From positions 16,422 through 80,421 of the forward strand of contig JBMHCD010000007.1 of assembly GCA_049890095.1 (NCBI GenBank): a DNA stretch of 64,000 bases. Reading direction: 5' to 3'. How positions within the stretch are numbered: the first letter of the stretch is position 1; each line of letters begins with the position of its first letter. Positions 38,745-48,953 of the stretch are shown here, in pieces. The notes beneath the pieces were generated by a model that was not told where the DNA came from, ran no database searches, and saw only the letters and a list, made by a program, of their open reading frames with translations. The DNA comes from Flavobacteriales bacterium. Its GTDB lineage: Bacteria > Bacteroidota > Bacteroidia > Flavobacteriales > UBA7312. A program made the translations under genes and the position numbers.

Positions 38745-39326
38745 GTGAAGAAAGTTACCTTTATTATTTTTCTAGTTTTAATTTTAGACCAATCATTAAA
38801 GTTTTGGATTAAAACGAATATGATGCTAGGTCAAGAATATCAACTTTTTGATTGGTTCATTATCCATTTTACTGAAAATAAAGGTATGGCCTTTGGGTTA
38901 GAATTTGGAGGTGTAATCGGCAAATACTTTTTGAGTATTTTTAGAATTATTGCCATTATAGCCATTGCCATCTATCTAAAGAAATTAGTCGATATTAAAA
39001 CAAAAAACTCTATTATTTTTAGCATTTCACTAATTTTAGCAGGAGCTATTGGAAACATGATTGATAGCGCCTTTTATGGCTTAATTTTTTCATCTAGTTA
39101 TGGCCAGGTAGCCAGTTTTCTGCAAGGTGGATACGCTGGATTTTTACAAGGGCATGTGGTAGATATGTTCTTTGTTCCAATATTTAAAGGATACATTCCT
39201 GAATGGGTGCCATTTAAAGGAGGTGATTATTTCATTTTTTTCAGACCCGTTTTTAACATTGCGGACGCATCCATAAGTACTGGTGTAATAAACCTATTAT
39301 TATTTCACCGAAAGTTTTTTAACTAG
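38745..39326 (+). CDS. lspA: lipoprotein signal peptidase II
   Basis: 193 aa with a GTG start. Motifs are FTENKGMAFG, GAIGNMIDS and FNIADASI. Confidence 0.85.
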   Translation: MKKVTFIIFLVLILDQSLKFWIKTNMMLGQEYQLFDWFIIHFTENKGMAFGLEFGGVIGKYFLSIFRIIAIIAIAIYLKKLVDIKTKNSIIFSISLILAGAIGNMIDSAFYGLIFSSSYGQVASFLQGGYAGFLQGHVVDMFFVPIFKGYIPEWVPFKGGDYFIFFRPVFNIADASISTGVINLLLFHRKFFN

Positions 39327-40090
39327 TTATACTTTTCTTGTAGTTCTTTATATACCTTTTGCGAATTAGTGTTTCTATAACTTTTATTTAACCAATAAAA
39401 AGTTCTTGCCTTTCCCATCAAAGAAAAAAGTAGTCGATTATACCAGCTTACTTTAGGCTGACCCCACGATTGTGGAAAAGGAATATTATGTTTAAGCATA
39501 TATGGACCAAAAATTGCTAAAGCTCTTTTGCGATTACTTTCATTAAAAAAATCTTCATAAGACGCTTTTTTATTGGTCTTATTTACTACTGGTAGCGGTC
39601 GTTTAGGTTGAATATTGCAACTTATTAGTGCTTTCTCAAAATCTTCTTGAAGATGATCAAATCGCATTACAAAATTACAGTAGGGAACCGTAACGCTTAA
39701 AAAATTATCAAAAGGAACTTTATAAAACTCATCTAAAAACTGGTCGTATGTTCCCTTCATTTGCCAAAACCTTTTTGCCAGATCAAATTCGAATTGTTTT
39801 AAATGCCCTCCATTTTTTCTTAATAAATTTTCATTAGAATAATTTCCGTTGGCATTATTCATCATTTTAGTGTACTGGCTAACGGAAATATCTAAAGGGT
39901 TCCTAGAACAAGCAATAACCTTGTATTTTTTTTCTTCGTTAGTAGCTACTTTCAAAAAATCTTGATAAATAGCATGTTTCGATAAAATCGGTTTACCATC
40001 GTACATTTCACATAATTCTTTAGAAATAGCGGTGGAAGCTGCCAGTGGTAAGCCAACAAAAACATATTTATGTTTATGACTTATTATCAT
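39323..40090 (-). CDS. sulfotransferase-family-2-like protein
   Basis: 255 aa. The 5'-PSB-like motif is FVGLPLAASTAI. The 3'-PB-like motif is SRNPLDISVSQY. FVMRFDHLQEDFEKAL resembles the family's conserved late motif. Its ATG overlaps the asd stop (ATGA). Confidence 0.5.
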   Translation of the reverse strand: MIISHKHKYVFVGLPLAASTAISKELCEMYDGKPILSKHAIYQDFLKVATNEEKKYKVIACSRNPLDISVSQYTKMMNNANGNYSNENLLRKNGGHLKQFEFDLAKRFWQMKGTYDQFLDEFYKVPFDNFLSVTVPYCNFVMRFDHLQEDFEKALISCNIQPKRPLPVVNKTNKKASYEDFFNESNRKRALAIFGPYMLKHNIPFPQSWGQPKVSWYNRLLFSLMGKARTFYWLNKSYRNTNSQKVYKELQEKYN

Positions 40091-41070
40091 ATTAAATTGT
40101 TGTTAATCAGGTATTCGGCAATTTGTACTGTATTGGTTGCTGCTCCCTTACGTAAATTGTCAGCGACTACCCAAAGGTTAAGTGTATTTTCTTGAGAAAA
40201 ATCTCTTCTAATTCTTCCTACAAAAACGTCATCCTTTCCTTTGCAATAAATAGGCATTGGATAAGTGTTAACGTCAGGATTATCTTGAACGACTACTCCA
40301 GGCATATCATGAAGTAATTTTCTAACTTTTGTAAGTTCAAAATCGTTTTCAAAAGAAACGTTTATACTCTCAGAATGCCCGCTATTTACAGGAACTCTAA
40401 CTGCGGTTGCCGTTATATTAAGAGAATCATCGTTTAAAATCTTCTTCGTTTCTCTAACTAATTTCATTTCTTCTTTTGTATATCCATTTTCTTCAAAAAC
40501 ATCACAATGTGGTAAGGCATTTTCGTGTATCGGATAAGGATATACCATTTCTCCTTTTATATTTTTTATTTCATTTTCTAGCTGTCGAACTGCCTTAATT
40601 CCTGTGCCAGTAATAGACTGATAAGTTGAAACCACAATTCGATTAATTTTATACGCATCGTGTAGTGGCTTTAATGCCATTACCATCTGAATAGTAGAAC
40701 AATTTGGATTAGCAATTATTTGGTCATTTTTTGTTAGACTATCTCCGTTAATTTCAGGTACAATTAATGCTTTTTCCATTCTCCATGCCGAAGAGTTATC
40801 TACCACTTTGGTTCCTACTTCAGCAAATTTTTCGGCCCATTGTAAGGATACTTCTCCTCCTGCCGAAAAAAGAGCAATATCTGGTTTTAAAGAAATGGCT
40901 TCTTCCACAGACATTATAGTCACTTCTTTATCTTTAAATACTATTTTATTGCCTACCGATTTTGAAGATGAAACAGGTAATAATGTTGTTATCGGAAATT
41001 GTCTTTCTTCTAAAACACGAATCATTTCTTTTCCAACCATTCCGGTGGATCCAACTATAGCTAATATCAT
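40087..41070 (-). CDS. asd: aspartate-semialdehyde dehydrogenase
   Basis: 327 aa. Motifs are VGSTGMVG and the active-site NPNCSTIQMV. Confidence 0.93.
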   Translation of the reverse strand: MILAIVGSTGMVGKEMIRVLEERQFPITTLLPVSSSKSVGNKIVFKDKEVTIMSVEEAISLKPDIALFSAGGEVSLQWAEKFAEVGTKVVDNSSAWRMEKALIVPEINGDSLTKNDQIIANPNCSTIQMVMALKPLHDAYKINRIVVSTYQSITGTGIKAVRQLENEIKNIKGEMVYPYPIHENALPHCDVFEENGYTKEEMKLVRETKKILNDDSLNITATAVRVPVNSGHSESINVSFENDFELTKVRKLLHDMPGVVVQDNPDVNTYPMPIYCKGKDDVFVGRIRRDFSQENTLNLWVVADNLRKGAATNTVQIAEYLINNNLI

Positions 41071-41227
41071 TCTCTTTAAGTTTTTAGTTATTCAAAAATA
41101 AGGATAATTTCATGATCTCTTTAAATCAACTTTTTTAGAAATGTGTTTCTTTCTGTAAGCTAATATCAAAACAAAAATTATTACTTTTATGCTATATATT
41201 TAGAAAATCTTTATTGAATATATAAAC

Positions 41228-42694
41228 ATGAAAAAGCTAATTCCTCTTTTGGTAATTCCCATTCAACTAGTTGCACAAATTTTTATCGACTTCAACAATA
41301 ATGATTTGGAACAATGGACAGGAGATACCAACCATTATCAGATTGACAGCTTGTTTCAGCTTAAACTTGTAGCACCATATCAGAGTAGCACCTCAACTAT
41401 TTTTTATCCCAGTACAGCTATCTTAAATGGAAATTGGGAGATAGATGTTAATATGGATTTTAATCCCTCAAGTAGTAATTATTGTCAGTTGTTTTTGAGC
41501 ATAGATGAAAACCAAAATGGATATTTTATTCGCTTAGGTGGTACAGACGATGAGGTTTCTTTATACAAAACAAATAATGGCCAAAACAGTAAACTAATCG
41601 ATGGAGTAAATGATTTTTTAGATGTGGATAGTGTTAATGTAAAAATAAAGGTAGAACGCGACAGCTTAGGAAATTGGGAGCTTTGGACTCAACATTATGA
41701 ACAAGAAGCGATTTTGCAAGGAATCTGCTTTGACAACACATTTGTAAACAGCCAATCTATTGGAATTCAATCGACCTATACATCCACTCGTTCTCAAAAG
41801 TTTTTCTACGATAATTTGTTGGTTTCAGGAAAATCGTTTTTGGATACCTTCGCCCGCCCAAAAGTAAATGATATCGATATCAATGAAGTTTTATTCAATC
41901 CCGTTGATGGAGATAATGATTTTGTTGAAATAAAAAACATTAGTGGTCATAGATTAAATATTAAGCCTTTACTTTTAGGAAATTATTGTGGGGGTCGTCC
42001 AGATAATTTTAAGGCCATAACTTTAGATTATTTGTTTATGGAAAATGATGAAATAATCGTTCTTACTAAATCTATTTCTGATTTACTTTACTATCATCCC
42101 AAAGCGATAGAATCACAAATTATCGAACTGATTAGTTTGCCTTCTTACAACAATGACGAAGGAATCGTGGTGTTATTATCCGACTCCATTATCATTGATG
42201 AATTTAACTATCATGAATCAATGCATTTTCCTTTTTTAAAAAGCAAAGAAGGAGTTTCGTTAGAACGAATAAATACACAAATAGCAACAAACAGAGCTGA
42301 TAATTGGCAATCGGCTAGTGAAACAAGCGGATTTTCAACTCCTACCTTAAAAAACTCTCAGTCAATACTTTTATCTAATAGAACTGAATCCTTATCTATT
42401 TCTCCAAAAGTATTTAGCCCAAACAATAACGGTATTGATGATAACCTAAGGTTCAATTTAACATTTTCTGTTAGTGGATACATTGGTCAACTACTCATTT
42501 TTAATGATGAAGGAAAACTAGTTAATACCATAGTTAACAATGAGTTTTTGGGTACAGAAAATACCTTTTTTTGGAATGGAATTGATCAGTACGGTCAAAA
42601 ATCTAAAATAGGTAGATACATCGTATTATTAGAAGCTTACCATCAGAGTGCCCAACCAATAATAGAAAAAACAACATTTGTTATTGGTCCATAA
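41228..42694 (+). CDS. secreted lamin-tail-domain protein with T9SS type B-like C-terminal domain
   Basis: 488 aa with a signal peptide. Lamin-tail domain: INEVLFNPVDGDNDFVEIKNIS. The C-terminus reads KVFSPNNNGIDDNLRF...LLIFNDEGKLV...FFWNGIDQYGQK...GRYIVLLE, which resembles the gliding-motility-associated (type B) CTD. Confidence 0.6.
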   Translation: MKKLIPLLVIPIQLVAQIFIDFNNNDLEQWTGDTNHYQIDSLFQLKLVAPYQSSTSTIFYPSTAILNGNWEIDVNMDFNPSSSNYCQLFLSIDENQNGYFIRLGGTDDEVSLYKTNNGQNSKLIDGVNDFLDVDSVNVKIKVERDSLGNWELWTQHYEQEAILQGICFDNTFVNSQSIGIQSTYTSTRSQKFFYDNLLVSGKSFLDTFARPKVNDIDINEVLFNPVDGDNDFVEIKNISGHRLNIKPLLLGNYCGGRPDNFKAITLDYLFMENDEIIVLTKSISDLLYYHPKAIESQIIELISLPSYNNDEGIVVLLSDSIIIDEFNYHESMHFPFLKSKEGVSLERINTQIATNRADNWQSASETSGFSTPTLKNSQSILLSNRTESLSISPKVFSPNNNGIDDNLRFNLTFSVSGYIGQLLIFNDEGKLVNTIVNNEFLGTENTFFWNGIDQYGQKSKIGRYIVLLEAYHQSAQPIIEKTTFVIGP

Positions 42695-42763
42695 AAATTG
42701 CTTTTGTGATTTTTAGAAAACCAACACTTAGCTTTTTGTTGCATCCCGCTTTTTATAAAAATG

Positions 42764-42771
42764 TATTTTTG
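42764..42771 (+). promoter_or_regulatory. candidate -7 element TAnnTTTG immediately upstream of uvrC
   Basis: TATTTTTG ends 7 nt before the ATG at 42779. Confidence 0.3.
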
Positions 42772-42778
42772 TTGCTAG

Positions 42779-44575
42779 ATGAATATTTCTGAAAAAATAC
42801 AACTACAACTACAGTCACTTAGCTCAGAGCCAGGTGTTTATCAGTATTTTGACAGTAGCAATAAGATTATTTATATTGGTAAGGCTAAAAACCTAAAAAA
42901 ACGCGTGTCTTCCTATTTCCAAAAAGCACACGAGGACGGAAAAACAAGGGTTTTAGTAAAAAAAATAAGCAAAATTGAAGTCATTGTAGTCAATTCAGAA
43001 ATCGATGCTCTTTTGCTAGAGAATAACCTCATAAAGAAATATCAACCTCGCTATAATATTCTACTTAAAGATGATAAAACCTATCCTTGGATATGTATTA
43101 AAAATGAACGTTTCCCTAGGGTGTTTTCGACTAGAAAACTAATAAAAGACGGGTCTCAATATTTTGGGCCATACCCTAGCCCTCAACTAGTTCGAACTTT
43201 ATTGGATTTTATAAGAAAAATTTACCCTTTACGTAGCTGTAAGTATCACTTGTCTAAAGAAAACATTGAAAAAGAAAAATTTAAAGTTTGTTTAGAATAC
43301 CATATTGGCAACTGCAAGGGTCCGTGTGTTGATTTACAAAATGATGAAGATTATCAACAAAGCATTGATCAAATTAAACAGTTGTTGAAAGGAAACATTC
43401 GCTCGGTAATACAACATTTTAAATTAGTAATGAATAACTATTCTAAGCAATTAGAGTTCGAAAAGGCTAAAGATGTAAAAGAAAAAATACGTCTATTAGA
43501 AAACTATCAATCCAAATCATCTGTTGTTAGCCCAACCATAAACAATGTGGATGTTTATACTATATCATCAGATCAAAAATATGCCTATATAAACTTTCTA
43601 AAAGTAGCAAACGGTTCCATCATTCAATCACAAAGCTTAGAGCTAAAAAAGAAATTAGAAGAAAGTGATGAGCAAATTTTAACTCTTGCAATAACCGAAC
43701 TAAGATTGCGATTTAATAGTAGCTCTAAAGAGGCATTTGTAAATATTGATATCGATTCGCCATGGCCAGATTATAAAATTAGTGTTCCTAAAATTGGAGA
43801 TAAACATAAACTAGTAAGTTTATCCTATCGAAATGCTAAATACTTACAAAAAGACCGTATTAAAAAGAATGAAGACCTAAGAAATCGTTTAGACAACAAT
43901 AGGGTTTTAGAACAAATGCAACACGACTTGTATCTAAACAGAAAGCCACGTCATATCGAATGTTTTGATAATTCGAATATGCAAGGCACAAATCCTGCTT
44001 CAGCATGTGTTGTTTTCCGAAATGCTAAACCTAGTAAAAAAGAATATCGTCATTTCAACATTAAAACTGTAGATGGACCTGACGATTTCGCATCTATGGA
44101 AGAAGTCGTTTATAGAAGATATTCCAGATTGCTAAACGAAGGAGCTGAGTTGCCTCAACTTATTGTAATCGACGGCGGTAAAGGACAATTAAGCTCTGCT
44201 ATGAAAAGTTTAGAAAAACTTGACCTTCAACAAAAAATAGCCATTATTGGTATTGCAAAACGATTAGAAGAAATTTACTTCCCAAATGATAGCATCCCGA
44301 TTTATTTAGACAAAAGATCGGAAACCTTGAAAATTATTCAACAATTACGAAACGAAGCTCATCGTTTTAGCATTAATCACCACAGAAACAGAAGGAGTAA
44401 AAATAGTTTGGGAACTTCTCTAGATAATATTAACGGTATAGGACCAAAAACAGTAGAGACACTCATTTCTCATTTTGGATCCGTAAAAAAAGTATACGAA
44501 TCAGATATAAAAGAATTGGAAAAGATTATTGGAAAGAGCAAGTCAAAACTAATTCTATCGCAACAAAAAAAGTAG
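42779..44575 (+). CDS. uvrC: excinuclease ABC subunit C
   Basis: 598 aa. The GIY-YIG motif is GVYQYF...IIYIGKAKNLKKRVSSYF. A UVR domain and a C-terminal HhH are present. Confidence 0.95.
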   Translation: MNISEKIQLQLQSLSSEPGVYQYFDSSNKIIYIGKAKNLKKRVSSYFQKAHEDGKTRVLVKKISKIEVIVVNSEIDALLLENNLIKKYQPRYNILLKDDKTYPWICIKNERFPRVFSTRKLIKDGSQYFGPYPSPQLVRTLLDFIRKIYPLRSCKYHLSKENIEKEKFKVCLEYHIGNCKGPCVDLQNDEDYQQSIDQIKQLLKGNIRSVIQHFKLVMNNYSKQLEFEKAKDVKEKIRLLENYQSKSSVVSPTINNVDVYTISSDQKYAYINFLKVANGSIIQSQSLELKKKLEESDEQILTLAITELRLRFNSSSKEAFVNIDIDSPWPDYKISVPKIGDKHKLVSLSYRNAKYLQKDRIKKNEDLRNRLDNNRVLEQMQHDLYLNRKPRHIECFDNSNMQGTNPASACVVFRNAKPSKKEYRHFNIKTVDGPDDFASMEEVVYRRYSRLLNEGAELPQLIVIDGGKGQLSSAMKSLEKLDLQQKIAIIGIAKRLEEIYFPNDSIPIYLDKRSETLKIIQQLRNEAHRFSINHHRNRRSKNSLGTSLDNINGIGPKTVETLISHFGSVKKVYESDIKELEKIIGKSKSKLILSQQKK

Positions 44576-44585
44576 CTTAAGAATT

Positions 44586-45581
44586 TTAATTAAGCTTATC
44601 TGCTAAAATTCGCACCTCTATAACCGGCGAGATTCGTTGATATAAAATATTATAAACAGCTTCTGTTATCGGCATTTCGATCTGGTATTCCTGGTTTAAT
44701 TCTTTAATACACTTGACCGCATAATAACCTTCTGCTACCATTGTCATTTCCAATTTAGCAGACTTTACAGAATATCCTTTTCCAATCATATTACCGAATG
44801 TTCTGTTTCTACTAAATTGAGAGTACATAGTTACCAAAAGATCACCTAAATAAGCAGACTCTTTAATGTCTCTTTTAATAGGATGAACGCCATCCACAAA
44901 ACGCTTAATTTCTCTAATAGCATTAGAGGCTAAAACAGACTGAAAATTGTCCCCATAACCCAGACTATGGCATATACCAGAAGCAATTGCAATTACATTT
45001 TTAAGAACAGCTGCTATTTCTGTCCCAAAAATATCTTCAGAAACATTTGTTTTAATGTATCTACAGCTAATCTGATCTGCAAACCATTGTGCTTTTTCTA
45101 CATCCTCACAAGCTACGGTAAGATATGAAAGTCTTTCCATTGCAACTTCCTCCGCATGGCAAGGACCTGTTAGTACACCTATGTTCGAATAAGGTATTTG
45201 ATATTTATTATGAAGATACTCGCCTATTATTCTGTTTTTTTCTGCAACTATTCCTTTAATTGCAGAAATTACATACTTATCATGTAATGGTTGATCTAAT
45301 TGATTTAAAATAGTACTAACAAAAGCCGATGGAACAGCCAAAACCAAACAATCAGCTTGTGAAACAATTTCATTTAAATTACTTGAAATAGTTAATTTTT
45401 GAGGAAATAATTCGGCTGCACTTATGTAATTTGGATTGTTACCATATTTTTTGATGTGCTCAATGGTATTCTCATTTCTCATCCACCATAAAAGTTGATC
45501 ATGTTTTTCAGACAACATCTTTATTATGGCAGTTGCCCACGATCCTCCTCCTATAACTGCTATTTTATATGATTTTTCCAA
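44586..45581 (-). CDS. gpsA: NAD(P)H-dependent glycerol-3-phosphate dehydrogenase
   Basis: 331 aa. GGGSWATA and the typical GpsA core are present. Confidence 0.92.
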   Translation of the reverse strand: MEKSYKIAVIGGGSWATAIIKMLSEKHDQLLWWMRNENTIEHIKKYGNNPNYISAAELFPQKLTISSNLNEIVSQADCLVLAVPSAFVSTILNQLDQPLHDKYVISAIKGIVAEKNRIIGEYLHNKYQIPYSNIGVLTGPCHAEEVAMERLSYLTVACEDVEKAQWFADQISCRYIKTNVSEDIFGTEIAAVLKNVIAIASGICHSLGYGDNFQSVLASNAIREIKRFVDGVHPIKRDIKESAYLGDLLVTMYSQFSRNRTFGNMIGKGYSVKSAKLEMTMVAEGYYAVKCIKELNQEYQIEMPITEAVYNILYQRISPVIEVRILADKLN

Positions 45582-45582
45582 G

Positions 45583-47112
45583 TTACTCTTCTTTTTTACT
45601 ATTATTTTCAGGTTTCATTTGAGGAAAAAATAATACATCTTGAATAGAGTTGCTGTTAGTCATTATCATACTCAACCTGTCTATTCCTATTCCTAAACCC
45701 GCAGTTGGAGGCATTCCATATTCTATTGCACGTAAAAAATCATCATCTAAAACCATTGCTTCTTCATCTCCTCTTTTAGCTAATGCCAACTGTTCTTCAA
45801 ATCGTTCTCGCTGATCAATTGGATCATTTAACTCAGAAAAAGCGTTACAAATTTCTTTCCCATTACAAATAGCCTCAAAACGCTCAACCAATCCCTTCTT
45901 GGATCTGTGTTTTTTTGCTAGAGGCGACATCTCTACAGGATAGTCTGTAATAAATGTTGGCTGTATTAACTGTGCTTCACATTTTTCTCCAAAAATCTCA
46001 TCAATAAGCTTTCCTCTACCCATAGAAGAATCTACATCGACCCCCATCTCTTTAGCTGTTTTAGCCATAGTAGCTTCATCCATTTGTGAAATATCAACTC
46101 CTGTAAAATGCTCAATTGCCTCATACATTGTAAAACGTTTCCATGGTCGCTGAAAATTTATCATATTATCTCCTACTTTAACCTCCGTTTTACCATGAAT
46201 ATCTAATGCTATTTTTTCAACCATTTCCTCAACTAAATCCATCATCCAATTATAATCTTTGTAGGCGACATATAATTCTACTTGAGTAAATTCTGGATTA
46301 TGAAAACGGCTCATTCCTTCGTTTCTAAAATCTTTAGAAAATTCATAAACGCCATCAAAACCTCCAACGATTAATCTCTTTAAATATAACTCATTAGCTA
46401 TTCTTAAATATAAAGGCATATCTAATGTGTTGTGATGAGTCTTAAAAGGTCTTGCAGCAGCCCCGCCATATATGGGTTGTAAAATAGGTGTTTCCACTTC
46501 TAAATACCCTTTATTATTTAAGAAGTCACGCATGGAATTAGTAAGCTTTGTTCTCTTAATAAAAGCATCTTTCACATGTGGGTTTACTACTAAATCTACA
46601 TAACGTTGTCTGTATCTTTTTTCAGGATCTGTAAAAGCATCATAAACCTTACCTTCATTATCTGTTTTAGGCAATGGTAATGGGCGCAAAGTTTTGCTTA
46701 GTACGGTAAACTTTTTTACATGAACAGAAATTTCTCCCACTTTTGTTGTAAAGACATATCCATCTACACCTATAAAATCTCCTATGTCTAAAAGTTTTTT
46801 AAACACATCGTTATACATGCTTTTATCTTCGCCTTCACAGATTTCATCTCTATTAAAATATAGCTGTATTCTTCCTTTGCTATCCTGAAGCTCTGCAAAA
46901 GCAGCCTTTCCCATAATTCTTCTACTCATTAGCCTACCAGCAATGCGAACATCTTTTTTTTCCTCTGAGCTAGAGTCGTATGTTGACTTAATAGTATCAG
47001 AATCTGAATTGATATCAAATAATGCTGCTGGATATGGGTCGATGCCTAAATCAATCAATTTTTGCATTGATTCTCTCCTTACTTTTTCTTGCTCTGAAAA
47101 CTCTTTGTTCAT
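45583..47112 (-). CDS. lysS: lysine--tRNA ligase (class II)
   Basis: The ATG at 47112 is preferred over the TTG at 47130. Class II motifs are [14 protein letters not shown] and GIGIDRL. Confidence 0.95.
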   Translation of the reverse strand: MNKEFSEQEKVRRESMQKLIDLGIDPYPAALFDINSDSDTIKSTYDSSSEEKKDVRIAGRLMSRRIMGKAAFAELQDSKGRIQLYFNRDEICEGEDKSMYNDVFKKLLDIGDFIGVDGYVFTTKVGEISVHVKKFTVLSKTLRPLPLPKTDNEGKVYDAFTDPEKRYRQRYVDLVVNPHVKDAFIKRTKLTNSMRDFLNNKGYLEVETPILQPIYGGAAARPFKTHHNTLDMPLYLRIANELYLKRLIVGGFDGVYEFSKDFRNEGMSRFHNPEFTQVELYVAYKDYNWMMDLVEEMVEKIALDIHGKTEVKVGDNMINFQRPWKRFTMYEAIEHFTGVDISQMDEATMAKTAKEMGVDVDSSMGRGKLIDEIFGEKCEAQLIQPTFITDYPVEMSPLAKKHRSKKGLVERFEAICNGKEICNAFSELNDPIDQRERFEEQLALAKRGDEEAMVLDDDFLRAIEYGMPPTAGLGIGIDRLSMIMTNSNSIQDVLFFPQMKPENNSKKEE

Positions 47113-47203
47113 GATAAAAATTTTGGACAAAGATATTAAATTAATAACAGGGTATTTTGTACATTAGCATTGCAATAAAAAAACCTGATAACCTGCATTT
47201 ATT

Positions 47204-48193
47204 ATGAAAATGAATAACTATATAGACGCATTTACTAATCACCTAAACGAAGCCTTAGAAATTGGTAAATCTTCTAATTTTAAAACGAGTAAAAAGGAGA
47301 TCAAAAATGTATTAATATGTGGTCTTGGTGGCTCTGGAATTGGAGGAACTATTCTTTATGACTTAGTTTGCGACAAAGTTAATGTACCTATTTCTTCTAC
47401 TAAAGATTATAGTATTCCAAATTTCGTAAACGAAAACACATTAGTTATTGCATCTTCATATTCAGGAAATACTGAAGAAACCTTGTTTGCTCTTGAGGCT
47501 TGCAAAGAAAAAGGTGCTGAAATTGCATGTATTTCTTCTGGTGGATCCCTTGCACAAATAGCAAAAGAAAATGATTACAACATTGTTACCATTCCTGGTG
47601 GTCATCCTCCTAGAGCAATGTTTGGATATTCGTTTACTCAGTTATTTTTTGTCTTTAATAAATATGGTTTGATTGATGATTCTTTTATTTCGGACTTTGA
47701 AAGTGCTATCCGATTACTTGATCAAGAAAAACTGGATATTCAAACTAAGGCTAAAGAATTGGCAACCAAAATGTTTGGAACTACTCCTGTAATATACACT
47801 GCTGCGGGCTTTGAAGGTGTTGGAATTCGCTTTAGACAACAAATAAACGAAAACAGTAAAATGCTTTGTTGGCATCACGTTGTTCCAGAAATGAATCATA
47901 ATGAACTATTGGGTTGGAGAATAAACGTTGACAACTTATCTGTAGTCTATTTTAGAAACAAATGTGATTTTAAACGCAACCAAGTCCGAATTGATATAAA
48001 CAAAGATGTTATTTCAAAGTTTACCGAAAACATTTCTGAAGTATGGAGCAAAGGCGATTCAAAAATCGAAAACACATTATATCACATAAACTTAGGCGAC
48101 TGGGTTTCGTGGTATCTTTCTGAAATGAATAATGTTGATGCTATAGAAATTGACGTTATCAATTATTTGAAAGGAGCGTTAGCTAAAGTATAG
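47204..48193 (+). CDS. SIS-domain sugar-phosphate isomerase (bifunctional phosphoglucose/phosphomannose isomerase type)
   Basis: 329 aa. SIS motifs are ICGLGGSGIGG and SYSGNTEET. Confidence 0.7.
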   Translation: MKMNNYIDAFTNHLNEALEIGKSSNFKTSKKEIKNVLICGLGGSGIGGTILYDLVCDKVNVPISSTKDYSIPNFVNENTLVIASSYSGNTEETLFALEACKEKGAEIACISSGGSLAQIAKENDYNIVTIPGGHPPRAMFGYSFTQLFFVFNKYGLIDDSFISDFESAIRLLDQEKLDIQTKAKELATKMFGTTPVIYTAAGFEGVGIRFRQQINENSKMLCWHHVVPEMNHNELLGWRINVDNLSVVYFRNKCDFKRNQVRIDINKDVISKFTENISEVWSKGDSKIENTLYHINLGDWVSWYLSEMNNVDAIEIDVINYLKGALAKV

Positions 48194-48195
48194 TA

Positions 48196-48891
48196 ATGGA
48201 AAATGTAGTTTTTCAAGATTTAGGGCTAATTGATTACAAGCAAGCATGGGAATATCAAGAAAAACTATTTGATCAAATTATTGCCATAAAAAGAAACAAT
48301 CGAAAAGAAGGAGTAGAAGATAAGACTCAATCGTACCTTCTTTTTTGTGAACACCCACACGTGTATACACTAGGAAAAAGTGGCGATGTTAACAATTTGC
48401 TTGTTAATGAAGAATACTTACAATCTAGAGGGGCTACGTTTTATAAAATCAACAGAGGTGGAGACATCACTTATCATGGACCTGGTCAAATTGTCGGATA
48501 TCCTATTTTAGATTTGGAATGTTTTTTTCAAGATATACATAAATATCTTCGTTTTTTAGAAGAATCTGTCATAATGACTTTAAATGAATTCGGTATTGAA
48601 GCAAGCAGATCAAAAGGAGAAACTGGAGTTTGGATTGATGTTAATACAAAAAACGCCAGAAAAATATGTGCCATGGGTGTTCGTTCTAGTAGGTGGGTAA
48701 CTATGCATGGTTTTGCATTTAATATAAATTCTGACCTAAGTTATTTTGGAAATATAATTCCCTGTGGTATTCCCGATAAATCAGTAACTTCAATGAAAAA
48801 GGAATTGGGAAAAGAAGTAAATATGGAATTAGTAAAAGAAAAGCTAAAAAATAATCTTTCGAAAATTTTCGAAATGAATTTAGTAACTTAA
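48196..48891 (+). CDS. lipB: lipoyl(octanoyl) transferase
   Basis: 231 aa. RGGDITYHGPGQIVGYPI is present, along with the catalytic Cys context KICAMGV. Confidence 0.92.
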   Translation: MENVVFQDLGLIDYKQAWEYQEKLFDQIIAIKRNNRKEGVEDKTQSYLLFCEHPHVYTLGKSGDVNNLLVNEEYLQSRGATFYKINRGGDITYHGPGQIVGYPILDLECFFQDIHKYLRFLEESVIMTLNEFGIEASRSKGETGVWIDVNTKNARKICAMGVRSSRWVTMHGFAFNINSDLSYFGNIIPCGIPDKSVTSMKKELGKEVNMELVKEKLKNNLSKIFEMNLVT

Positions 48892-48953
48892 TCTAAGTTA
48901 TAACCTCCTTTTAGCTTTAATTTGATATCATTCAATTTTTATAACTTTACAGT

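Noticed and set aside
41071-41227. A riboswitch or leader structure upstream of asd (such as a lysine element), and likewise upstream of lysS (47113-47203).
   Set aside because: The spacers are AT-rich with no extended conserved-looking helices or known riboswitch core sequences. The 157-bp asd spacer is simply a divergent promoter region.
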